A DNA stretch of 64,000 nt. Origin: Anaerolineales bacterium (GTDB lineage: Bacteria; Chloroflexota; Anaerolineae; Anaerolineales; E44-bin32). The stretch is from NCBI GenBank assembly GCA_034430425.1, contig DAOUEK010000077.1, positions 281 to 64,280 of the forward strand. The letters run 5' to 3'. Below are positions 1-8,682 of this stretch, in pieces; position 1 is the stretch's first letter; each line of letters begins with the position of its first letter. Below the pieces are notes generated by a model. The model did no database searches. It was not told the origin of the DNA and saw nothing but the letters and a program-made list of their open reading frames with translations. The position numbers and the translations under genes were made by a program.

Positions 1-70
1 AAATCGAAATAACTAACAAGGAATTTGGTTAAGGTCGAAAAACTGAACGGGGAAATAAGGCGGATACCTC

Positions 71-2362
71 TTACTCTTCACTCGTCGTCACATCACCATA
101 GTCTAATACCTCGCGGGCCTTGGAACCCCCTTTTGCCGGTCCAATGATGCCGCGCTCCTCGAGTTGATCCACCAAGCGCGCCGAGCGAGTGTATCCGATG
201 CGCAGTCGTCTCTGTAACAAAGAAATCGAAGCCCGACGCATCTCGCGCACGATAGCCACTGCTTCGTCATACAGCGGATCAAGATCCTCATCCGCTGATT
301 GTTCCTCTTCCCACATGGGCACTTGTTTAAGCGGCACGCCTGAAGGGATGGCGTCGGCCGGTCCGATTGGTGAAGGTTGTGTCACATCCCCACCCAGAGC
401 AATATTCTTCCAGTAACGGATAAGCCGCGACAATTCAACCTCCGAGACAAAGGCCCCCTGCATTCTAATCGGAGCGACGGCATCCGGTGCCTGGAAAAGC
501 ATATCCCCTCGGCCAAGCAACCGCTCAGCCCCGGGTTGATCGAGGATCACGCGACTGTCCACCGATGAAGCGACGGCAAATGCTATTCGCGAAGGGAAAT
601 TCGCCTTGATCAACCCCGTGACCACATCAACCGATGGACGCTGCGTAGCGATAACCAGATGAATACCCGTGGCGCGGGCCAGCTGCGCCAGGCGGGTGAT
701 CACCCGCTCGGTCTCGTCCGGCGCCATGATCATTAAATCCGCCAACTCGTCGATCACCACGACCAGATAGGGTAGTTTCTTACCCTGGGTATCCTGCATA
801 CGCCGGTTGTAGTCGGCGATGTTGCGCATGCCCTCTTTCGAGAAGCTCTGATAGCGAGAATCCATTTCTCTCGAAATCCATTGCAATGCAGGCACCACGC
901 GCTCCAGGTCCACAATCACAGGCGCGAGCAAGTGGGGAATCCCGTTGTAGAAGGTCAACTCCACTCGTTTCGGATCGACCATCAGAAAGCGCAGTTGGTC
1001 CGGCGTATTCTGCAAGAGAAGGCATGTGATGATGGCATTGACGCACACCGACTTGCCCGATCCCGTCGTACCGGCGATGAGCAAATGCGGCATCCCGGTC
1101 AAATTGGCCACCACTGGATGACCGGAGACGTCTTTCCCCAGTCCCAGTCGCAAGCGCGACTTGATTTTATGGTATCGATCCGATTCCATGAGATCACGCA
1201 GCGCAACGAGAGTAACCTCCGTATTGGGAACCTCAATGCCGATGTATCCCTTGCCCGGCACAGGCGCCTCCACCCGAATCGATGGCGCCGCCAGCGCCAG
1301 CGCAAGGTCGTCTGCCAATGCGGAAATCTTACTCACCTTTACCTTGGTGCGGCGACCGCCCCGCCCTTCGATGAAATCCGGCTCTACACCGAACTGCGTG
1401 ATCGTGGGTCCACGATTGATCTCCACCACGCGCGCCGGCGCCCCGAAGGCATTAAGCGTTTCTTCGATCAAGCGTCCCCGTTCGCGATCGAAGGTCTCAT
1501 CGGCTTTGCCTTCCACTCCGACATCGAGAATCTCGGTCAGTTTGGGCAGCGACCAGGCCTTCTCGGCCGCAGTCTCCTCCCGCTGAAATTCCTCCTGCGC
1601 GGTCGGCTGCGCTCTTGCTGTTTCTCGCCGCACATTGACCTTCTCACGCACCTGTGGAGGCGAGCTGTCGACAACCGGTTGGTTGAGTATCGGTTCCGGT
1701 CGCGCCAAGATCTGTTCCTTCACCAGATCGGAGAGCCAACGCACGCCCTGCATGAATAAAGAAAACAATTCCGGAACCGAAAGGCCGGCGGTAAAAATCA
1801 CTCCGATCAGAAACCACGCCACCAACGCCACAGCGGCGCCGGCACCACCCAGCGCACTGATTAATACTGCCAGAAATACGGCACCAATCGCCCCACCACC
1901 TCGACCCAAGCGCGCTTCATCGATGCCCGTGTCAAAGTCCGTTATTCCAATTACAGCGTGGAGAAAAGTCAAGATCATCAAAAACAGCAGCACAACGCCG
2001 ATCACACGTTCCAATTCAAGCACGGGAAGTTGTTTGCCGAACGTACGCGCTACGAGCCAAATTCCACAGCCAAAACTGGCAAGCAGGGCAAGATACATCC
2101 CCCAGCCGAAGGTCCAACGCAGCACATCGAGCCAGGCTGCAGTGAAAACTCCCCGGCTGCTGGAAAAGAGCGCGATCACCGTGATCACACTCAAGACAAG
2201 CAGCAGCAATCCGAGCAAATCAAGCTTGCGATCCCGGGAAAGTGTCCATCCGTTCAACAACGCGCCGCGCGACGATTGCCGACGTGAAGAACTGCTCCGA
2301 GAAGCGCTTGTACTACTCGATTTTCGCTTGCGCCGAGAAGATGTTCGTCTCTTTTTCGCCAC
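71..2362 (-). CDS. ftsK: DNA translocase FtsK/SpoIIIE
   Basis: N-terminal TM helices, Walker A GTTGSGKSVCVNAI, Walker B VVVIDELADLM, C-terminal winged-helix gamma domain (ISLLQRRLRIGYTRSARLVDQLE). Start placed at the in-frame GTG at 2362 (VAKKRR...). The longer ATG at 2434 would interlock with the divergent ATG at 2433. Start uncertain. Confidence 0.9.
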   Translation of the reverse strand: MAKKRRTSSRRKRKSSSTSASRSSSSRRQSSRGALLNGWTLSRDRKLDLLGLLLLVLSVITVIALFSSSRGVFTAAWLDVLRWTFGWGMYLALLASFGCGIWLVARTFGKQLPVLELERVIGVVLLFLMILTFLHAVIGITDFDTGIDEARLGRGGGAIGAVFLAVLISALGGAGAAVALVAWFLIGVIFTAGLSVPELFSLFMQGVRWLSDLVKEQILARPEPILNQPVVDSSPPQVREKVNVRRETARAQPTAQEEFQREETAAEKAWSLPKLTEILDVGVEGKADETFDRERGRLIEETLNAFGAPARVVEINRGPTITQFGVEPDFIEGRGGRRTKVKVSKISALADDLALALAAPSIRVEAPVPGKGYIGIEVPNTEVTLVALRDLMESDRYHKIKSRLRLGLGKDVSGHPVVANLTGMPHLLIAGTTGSGKSVCVNAIITCLLLQNTPDQLRFLMVDPKRVELTFYNGIPHLLAPVIVDLERVVPALQWISREMDSRYQSFSKEGMRNIADYNRRMQDTQGKKLPYLVVVIDELADLMIMAPDETERVITRLAQLARATGIHLVIATQRPSVDVVTGLIKANFPSRIAFAVASSVDSRVILDQPGAERLLGRGDMLFQAPDAVAPIRMQGAFVSEVELSRLIRYWKNIALGGDVTQPSPIGPADAIPSGVPLKQVPMWEEEQSADEDLDPLYDEAVAIVREMRRASISLLQRRLRIGYTRSARLVDQLEERGIIGPAKGGSKAREVLDYGDVTTSEE

Positions 2363-2432
2363 CTGGAACTCCGCAGATCGGATTATAGCATGGCAGCGGC
2401 GACCTTCGCTTCCCCATGCTACAATTGCAGCC

Positions 2433-4100
2433 ATGGAGTTTTCATCCGCCCTCGATTTACTGACCAACACGCATTTCTTGCGGCAGGTTTCGGAAGACGA
2501 CTTGCGCGCAATCGCCGCCGGCCTTAAGCGGGAGGAATACCAGGCCGGTGAAGTGATCATCCACCAGGGCTCCCGGCCAAAAGCCATGTTCTTTATCGCA
2601 CAGGGCGAAGTGGAAGTCATTCATAAATATCCCGAACGAGACGACGATGTTCTCGCCAGATTGAAGCCAGGCGACACCTTTGGTGAAATCGAAATGATCT
2701 TTTCCCAGATTCGCATGGCAACGGTTCGTGCCCTTCAGGACACAATCGTCTACCGCTGGGAACGTCTCTTGATGACCGATTTTATGAAACATCATCCCGA
2801 AGCCCTTTCGAGCCTGCGGTTTGCCGCCCAGAGCCGTCGCCTCGCCCGGAAAGTCCGCTTCGATTGGCTGGCAGATGATGAGGTGATTTACGGCCTGGCA
2901 CGCAAACATAACGTGCTGCTGTTCCAATCTTTGACGTTGCCCATGATTCTTCTGGCTGCAGCGGCACTGCTCATCATCTACGGACTCGTTATGGAACAGG
3001 CGACGATCTCCTGGGTGGGCACAGGCATGTTTGTCGCTGGCCTGGCACTCACCGTCTGGCGTTGGGTCGATTGGAGCAACGATTACTACATCGTTACCAA
3101 TCGCAGGGCTGTCTGGTTGGAGAAAATCGTGGGGATCTATGACAGCCGCGTAGAAGCGCCCCTGCACATGCTGCTTTCCGTCAGCGTAAGCACAGAGATG
3201 GTTGGCCGTATGATGGATTACGGCGACGTAGTGATCCGCACATATACGGGTAAAGTCGTCTTTCGCAACGTGGAGAATCCCATCGCCATGGCCGCGATTA
3301 TCGAAGAACATTGGCAGCGTTTACGCGCCAAGCAGGAAGAAACCGATCGAGAGAGTTTACGTGAAGCTGTTAAGCAGCGGCTCGCTCCGGAACCTGAGAT
3401 GGAAACGCAGTTATCCCTTGAAGAAGAAATATTACCTATCCAGGAAGAGCAACAAGAAAAGCCGGGCCTCTTTCAGTTTTTCTTCAAGGTTCGATACGAG
3501 GATCAGGACGTCATCACCTACCGCAAACACTGGGCTGTTCTACTGCGCGAGATCGCTGCGCCCTCTCTACTCATCCTGATCACAGTGGGTCTAACTGTCG
3601 CCGGATGGGCCGGTCGGATCGAATGGATGCCCATTTCGACGCTTATCCCACTTACCGTCACGGCACTGATCGCGCTGGGTTTATGGTGGCTGTATCGCTA
3701 CGTGGATTGGTCCAATGATATCTACCAAATCACACCCGACCAGATCGTTGATATCTATAAAAAGCCGTTATCACGCGAAGTACGCAAAGTGGCACCGCTT
3801 GAAAACGTACTCAGCACCGAGGTGGATCGCAAGGGTGTTCTCGGCTATTTCATGAACTATGGCGACGTGATCACCAACATCGGCACGGCAATTTTTACAT
3901 TCGAAGGTGTGTTTGATCCTATCGGCGTGCAGCAGGATATCGTACATGCGCAGGAGGTTTTAATCCAGAGCAAACGGGAACTGGAACGCAAACAACGCCG
4001 GGATGAGATGGTAGAATTATTGGATATCTATCATGAAGAATATTCCAACGTGAAGAAACCTTTGCAATCCGAAGACGATCAAAACCATGGCCATCCGTGA
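2433..4100 (+). CDS. cyclic-nucleotide-binding domain protein with two membrane bPH_2 (YdbT-like) domains
   Basis: N-terminus MEFSS...FFIAQGEVEV...GDTFGEIE is a cNMP-binding beta-barrel signature. It is followed by two TM-hairpin plus bPH repeats (WVDWSNDYYIVTNRR... and YVDWSNDIYQITPDQ...). The upstream part of ORF 1635..4100 is antisense to ftsK and is discarded. Confidence 0.75.
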   Translation: MEFSSALDLLTNTHFLRQVSEDDLRAIAAGLKREEYQAGEVIIHQGSRPKAMFFIAQGEVEVIHKYPERDDDVLARLKPGDTFGEIEMIFSQIRMATVRALQDTIVYRWERLLMTDFMKHHPEALSSLRFAAQSRRLARKVRFDWLADDEVIYGLARKHNVLLFQSLTLPMILLAAAALLIIYGLVMEQATISWVGTGMFVAGLALTVWRWVDWSNDYYIVTNRRAVWLEKIVGIYDSRVEAPLHMLLSVSVSTEMVGRMMDYGDVVIRTYTGKVVFRNVENPIAMAAIIEEHWQRLRAKQEETDRESLREAVKQRLAPEPEMETQLSLEEEILPIQEEQQEKPGLFQFFFKVRYEDQDVITYRKHWAVLLREIAAPSLLILITVGLTVAGWAGRIEWMPISTLIPLTVTALIALGLWWLYRYVDWSNDIYQITPDQIVDIYKKPLSREVRKVAPLENVLSTEVDRKGVLGYFMNYGDVITNIGTAIFTFEGVFDPIGVQQDIVHAQEVLIQSKRELERKQRRDEMVELLDIYHEEYSNVKKPLQSEDDQNHGHP

Positions 4101-4611
4101 GATTGTTACCCCACCAAATACAACACTGCGCCAGCGCGCCAAGAAGGTGCGCAGCATAACACCAGCCATTGAAACGCTGATCAACGACATGATTGAAACC
4201 ATGCGCGCCGCCAGTGGTGTCGGATTGGCTGCACCGCAGGTGGATATTGGCCAGCGCGTGATCGTTATCGAGTACGGCGAGGGTCTGGAAGATCCCGAAG
4301 CAGAAAACAAACCGCTGAAGCTTTATCCTGTCGTTAACCCCGAAATTGTGCGCCATTCCAAGGACACGGTTTTAGGCAACGAGGCCTGTTTATCACTCCC
4401 CGGCTATTACGGCGAGGTCGTGCGCTACGAAACGGTCACGGTGAAAGGCCTCGATCGGCATGGAAACCCTTTTCGCTTGAAACCCAGGGGATGGTTGGCG
4501 AGAATATTTCAACATGAAATCGATCACCTCGATGGCGTCCTCTATATCGACCGTGCCAACGAAGTCTGGAAGATCGAAGAAGCCCAGATCGACGTCCCTC
4601 CGGTCGTGTAA
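4087..4611 (+). CDS. def: peptide deformylase
   Basis: Three canonical motifs: GVGLAAPQV, EACLSLPG, QHEIDHLDG. Overlaps the upstream gene by 14 nt. Confidence 0.95.
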   Translation: MAIREIVTPPNTTLRQRAKKVRSITPAIETLINDMIETMRAASGVGLAAPQVDIGQRVIVIEYGEGLEDPEAENKPLKLYPVVNPEIVRHSKDTVLGNEACLSLPGYYGEVVRYETVTVKGLDRHGNPFRLKPRGWLARIFQHEIDHLDGVLYIDRANEVWKIEEAQIDVPPVV

Positions 4612-4696
4612 ATAGCGGTCTCGATAGGTAGTGGTCCGCACTGTCATCAACGACGGATAATACGCTACACCATCCTATGCTACAATCCATGCGCCG

Positions 4697-5956
4697 ATGC
4701 AGCTGAATCACTTATCGCTTACTCACTTTCGCAATTTCACCCGTCTCGATTTCGCCCTGTCTAACGGCGTTGCCATCCTCGTGGGCGCCAACGCGCAAGG
4801 AAAGACGAGTCTGCTGGACGCCATCCACTACCTGACATCGGCACAATCCCCACACACGAGTAACGATCGTCACCTGATCCATTTCGACGCCCTTCAAGAC
4901 TCACCGCCTTTCGCCCGCATCGTTGCCGAAATCCAACGGAACAGAATCCCAAATACCCCCGACGAAAACCGGGATAACGACCTTACATCCAAACCGCTGC
5001 GCATCGAAATCCGCTTGATCATCAACAGCGTCGGCCCGAATAACGGCAAACGCCTGCGCAAAGAAATTCTCATCAACGGGGTAAAACGCAAGCTGCGCGA
5101 CCTGGCCGGGGCATTCAATGCGGTCATGTTCCTGCCCAAGGATATGCGCGTGGTTGAGGGCTCCCCATCGGACCGGCGCTACTTTCTCGATAATGCACTC
5201 TGCCAGTCCAACGCCCAATACGCTCATGCCCTATCGGATTACAGCGCTGTTCTCTCGCAGCGTAATGCGCTTCTCAAACAACTTCAAGAACGAACATCCG
5301 GCAAAGATGAAATCACATACTGGGATGAAAAACTCTGCGAGCATGCGGCCGCGCTGGTCGAAATCCGAATTCGCACACTTCAAGAAATCAATATAAGGGC
5401 ACAACCGATCCATCACGACCTCACCCGTGGTAAGGAAAACCTGCAGCTGGAATATCTCCCCTCTTTCATACTCACACCGCAAGCCGAAACCGCGAGAGGT
5501 GAAGTAGAAGGGGGTGCTATTGCAGAGATTCAAATCAACGCAAATGAAATCCGATCCACGATGATGACTACGCTTCAACGAAAACGAGCCGAAGAGATCG
5601 CACGCGGTACTACCACGGTGGGACCCCATCGAGACGACTTCCGCTTCCTGGCCAACGACATCGATCTTCGTTTTTACGGTTCGCGGGGACAGAATCGCAC
5701 GGCCATGCTGGCAACCCAGTTGGCCGAGGTGGATTGGTTGCGGCAAATGACGGGAGAATACCCTGTTTTGCTTTTAGATGAAGTGATGGCGGAGCTGGAT
5801 CCCATGCGTCGAGAAGATCTCCTCCAGCGTTTGAGCACGGCGCATCAAGCCATTCTCACCACCGCGGATCTAAATATGTTTAGCGAAGAATTTCGGCACC
5901 AGGCTGTTCTCTACCAGATCGAAAACGGAGTCATCTCCCCCTATCAAGAAAGCTGA
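4697..5956 (+). CDS. recF: DNA replication/repair protein RecF
   Basis: Walker A GANAQGKTSLLDAI, signature GSRGQNRTAMLA, Walker B VLLLDEVMAELD. About 50 aa longer than typical RecF because of an insertion after residue ~80. Confidence 0.9.
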   Translation: MQLNHLSLTHFRNFTRLDFALSNGVAILVGANAQGKTSLLDAIHYLTSAQSPHTSNDRHLIHFDALQDSPPFARIVAEIQRNRIPNTPDENRDNDLTSKPLRIEIRLIINSVGPNNGKRLRKEILINGVKRKLRDLAGAFNAVMFLPKDMRVVEGSPSDRRYFLDNALCQSNAQYAHALSDYSAVLSQRNALLKQLQERTSGKDEITYWDEKLCEHAAALVEIRIRTLQEINIRAQPIHHDLTRGKENLQLEYLPSFILTPQAETARGEVEGGAIAEIQINANEIRSTMMTTLQRKRAEEIARGTTTVGPHRDDFRFLANDIDLRFYGSRGQNRTAMLATQLAEVDWLRQMTGEYPVLLLDEVMAELDPMRREDLLQRLSTAHQAILTTADLNMFSEEFRHQAVLYQIENGVISPYQES

Positions 5957-5979
5957 GATACCGATCGACAGCCTGCCCT

Positions 5980-6702
5980 TTACCTCAGCGGACGTTTGGT
6001 TGGAATTCCGACTCTACGCGGGTATTTAAGGGGTGTCGCTGCAATTTTCTGGACGACGATGAGATATCTCGGTTCAACCACGCGTGGTAGTTCAACAGGA
6101 ATGATTTGTTCGAGCTTCCCGCCCAAAATGCGCAGCGCCTCCTCCGCGGCATGCGCCTCTGCAGGTCCGGTCTCACCCTTCTGGATCACAGCTACTCCAC
6201 CAACACGAAGCAAGGGGAGCAGGTATTCCACCAGAACCGGCATCGTGGCGACTGCGCGTGCCAGCGCCCAATCGTACAACTGGCGATGCTCTTCCTTGTG
6301 TCCAACGTTCTCCACACGATCATGGATCAGTTCGACACCGGTCAGATCGAGTGCTTCAATCACATGCCGACAAAATTCAACTTTCTTGCCCATCGATTCG
6401 ACCAGGGTCAATTTCATCTGGGGATAGAGGATCTTTAGGGGCAATCCCGGAAAACCCGCTCCCGTTCCTGCATCAACAACACGGGCCAAATTGGGAGCGC
6501 CCATCACCTGAAGACATGTCATCGAATCCAGAAAATGCTTGGTCTCGATATTGATGGGATCGGTAATGGCTGTCAAATTAAACCGTTCATTCCAGGAAAT
6601 CAACGCTTCGGAATAACGTTCAAATGCGGATTCCTGCTTCGGTGTCAGTTCAATCCGTAGCAGCGTACGGGCTGCCACACGTAACCCCGCGTAGCCACTC
6701 AC
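5980..6702 (-). CDS. rsmG: 16S rRNA (guanine527-N7)-methyltransferase RsmG
   Basis: NLTAITDP...KHFLDS and SAM motif VVDAGTGAGFPGLPLKI. GTG start overlaps the stop of the upstream gene. Confidence 0.9.
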   Translation of the reverse strand: MSGYAGLRVAARTLLRIELTPKQESAFERYSEALISWNERFNLTAITDPINIETKHFLDSMTCLQVMGAPNLARVVDAGTGAGFPGLPLKILYPQMKLTLVESMGKKVEFCRHVIEALDLTGVELIHDRVENVGHKEEHRQLYDWALARAVATMPVLVEYLLPLLRVGGVAVIQKGETGPAEAHAAEEALRILGGKLEQIIPVELPRVVEPRYLIVVQKIAATPLKYPRRVGIPTKRPLR

Positions 6703-7748
6703 GAGTTCTGCAGCACTCCTTGCATGAGGCGCACCTTCGGACGAAGTCCTCCGACGATTTGACCGCGATTATTCCTGACCACAGCAGTATCCTGGGCCAA
6801 TTCCGTATACGCCGCTGGGGTAAGCACATTCAACATACGCAGTACGGCCAAGCTTACCAGGGATCGGGCACGCCGCGCATAATCCCCATCCGCGATCTTG
6901 ATCGCCACGCCCAAACCGGGAGAATCTTGACCTAAACATCCCGGGCGAATTCCGATCGCCTGAAATCCTTCCGCACCCGATTTACTCACCACACGCCCTT
7001 CTGTGGCGCGCATGATGCGCGTGTCGAATCGATTGGAGCCTGCCACCAGTTGGGGATTTGCCGTCATCGCTGAAACCACGGATTCACAAGCCTGCTTTCT
7101 ACCAGAAGAAAACCCTCTTGGGTCCACCAGGTGAGCGAAAGCCGTTGATGCAGCGTACAGTGAAACCCCGAAGGTGGGCACCGTACAACCGTCGACACCA
7201 ATCTTCATTTCCGCTGCTTCGAGCCCGCTCATTTCGGCGATAATCCCCCGAATATGCTTCTGCACCGCGTGTTCGGGTTGCTCGTAATCCGCGATCGATT
7301 CTTGAAGTGTAAGCGCCGATGCCAGCATACCTGCATGTTTTCCAGAGCAGTTATTTCGAAGCGGAGACAATTTCTGACCCTCGAGCCGCAAGCGCTGGGC
7401 CGTTTCGCGATCGAAGGGTGGATGAACCCCGCAGTGCAGGTCTTTCTCCCGCAAACCGATACGATCCAGCAGCGACTCAACCACCTCCACATGCTCATCG
7501 GTTCCATCGTGGGAAGCACAGACGATGGCGAGGTGCTTGTCGGAGAGATTGAATTGTGTTTTCGCGCCTGATTCGATCAACATCAACGCCTGGAGAGGTT
7601 TCGCTGAGGAACGTAAAAAAGTCACGACACCCGGGTCCCCACACCAGGCTATCAATGCGCCGGAAGAATCGGAAACCGCAACGGCACCGTGATGCACGGA
7701 TTCCACAATCTCACCTCGAGTGACCTCCAGAACCGTTGCATACTCCAC
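6699..7748 (-). CDS. asparaginase II-family protein (Asparaginase_II-like)
   Basis: N-terminal EVTRGEIVESVHHGAVAV and CSGKHAGML resemble the L-asparaginase II (PF06089-type) family. Confidence 0.7.
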   Translation of the reverse strand: MEYATVLEVTRGEIVESVHHGAVAVSDSSGALIAWCGDPGVVTFLRSSAKPLQALMLIESGAKTQFNLSDKHLAIVCASHDGTDEHVEVVESLLDRIGLREKDLHCGVHPPFDRETAQRLRLEGQKLSPLRNNCSGKHAGMLASALTLQESIADYEQPEHAVQKHIRGIIAEMSGLEAAEMKIGVDGCTVPTFGVSLYAASTAFAHLVDPRGFSSGRKQACESVVSAMTANPQLVAGSNRFDTRIMRATEGRVVSKSGAEGFQAIGIRPGCLGQDSPGLGVAIKIADGDYARRARSLVSLAVLRMLNVLTPAAYTELAQDTAVVRNNRGQIVGGLRPKVRLMQGVLQNS

Positions 7749-7809
7749 TGAAAAACAACCCCTGGCTAGCTGCGTATGAATTGGGATAGTCGAAACCTTT
7801 TTGGATTTC

Positions 7810-8661
7810 TTAAATTTCGGTTGGATACAGATGGGAATGAAGATTGATCACGCTTGCTGTTAATCTCAGCATACAAATATCGGTCCGTGCAGATGGGATC
7901 TTTTTATAACTCGACATCAGATCCTTTGCATAATCATCCGCAAGCTCTGGCGAGGCGCCACGCTTGGAAAAATCCTGGATGCGATTCGGTATGCGCCGCA
8001 AGAAGCGCGCCATTGAATTGATATCATTTCGTTTTACCAATCCGTCCCGCCCGGAGACGATCTTGAAAGAAGCAAACCGTGTGTCCCGCAAATCATCAAG
8101 GCTTTCCAACCATTGATCGATATCCGCATTCCCAAGGTAAGGGGGTTCATTGATCGTTACGGCATCTCCGATAAAAACCACCTTCGCCTCGGGCAGGATC
8201 ATCCATATCGCTCCTGATGTTGGTCCGGGACGATGGAGAAAATGAAATTCTCGTTCTCCGAGATGTATTCGCATTTCATCTGAAAAGGTCAATTGCGGGA
8301 CCGCTCTCCGTACACCGGTGATTCGTTTCAATCGATCTGCATCTGCGCCGATCGGATTCGCTCTGCCCTTGAAACTGTCCGACCAGCCGCTCATGGCAAT
8401 ACGCGTCTGGTCATGTCCGATTGTCGGAATATTGAGCACTCTCGCGCCTAACACGCGATCGATATGAGAATCCATTAGCACCAGGTATCGAACTCGACCG
8501 AGATCGGAGAGGGTACCGATCCATGTACGAGTGTCATCCACTCGTAAGGGACTATCGACCGCGATTACACCCTCCTGGGTAACAATCGAACCAAGCATGA
8601 CAGCAGGGTATTCATCCTCGATAAAAATACCGGAAGCGATCTTTCGCATACCGTTCTCCAA
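7810..8661 (-). CDS. MBL-fold protein with degenerate metal-binding motifs
   Basis: Length and beta-lactamase-fold pattern fit. The HxHxDH position reads DSHIDR and the H.PGHT.G position reads HRPGPTSG. Lies 21 nt downstream of the kinase gene. Confidence 0.55.
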   Translation of the reverse strand: MENGMRKIASGIFIEDEYPAVMLGSIVTQEGVIAVDSPLRVDDTRTWIGTLSDLGRVRYLVLMDSHIDRVLGARVLNIPTIGHDQTRIAMSGWSDSFKGRANPIGADADRLKRITGVRRAVPQLTFSDEMRIHLGEREFHFLHRPGPTSGAIWMILPEAKVVFIGDAVTINEPPYLGNADIDQWLESLDDLRDTRFASFKIVSGRDGLVKRNDINSMARFLRRIPNRIQDFSKRGASPELADDYAKDLMSSYKKIPSARTDICMLRLTASVINLHSHLYPTEI

Positions 8662-8682
8662 GACCCGAATTTAACACTCTTA

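Noticed and set aside
881-1759. 292-aa plus-strand ORF and several other 60-140-aa ORFs inside ftsK.
   Set aside because: These are antisense shadow ORFs within a strongly supported gene. They are Arg/His-rich with no motifs.
1635-2432. The 5' 800 nt of the 821-aa ORF 1635..4100, which would add a long N-terminal extension to the cNMP/bPH protein.
   Set aside because: This part is antisense to the well-supported ftsK gene and is low-complexity (S/T/P/A-rich). The recognisable protein starts at the ATG at 2433.
2457-3311. 284-aa minus-strand ORF opposite the cNMP/bPH gene.
   Set aside because: It is antisense to a coding frame with clear domain signatures and has no recognisable motifs.
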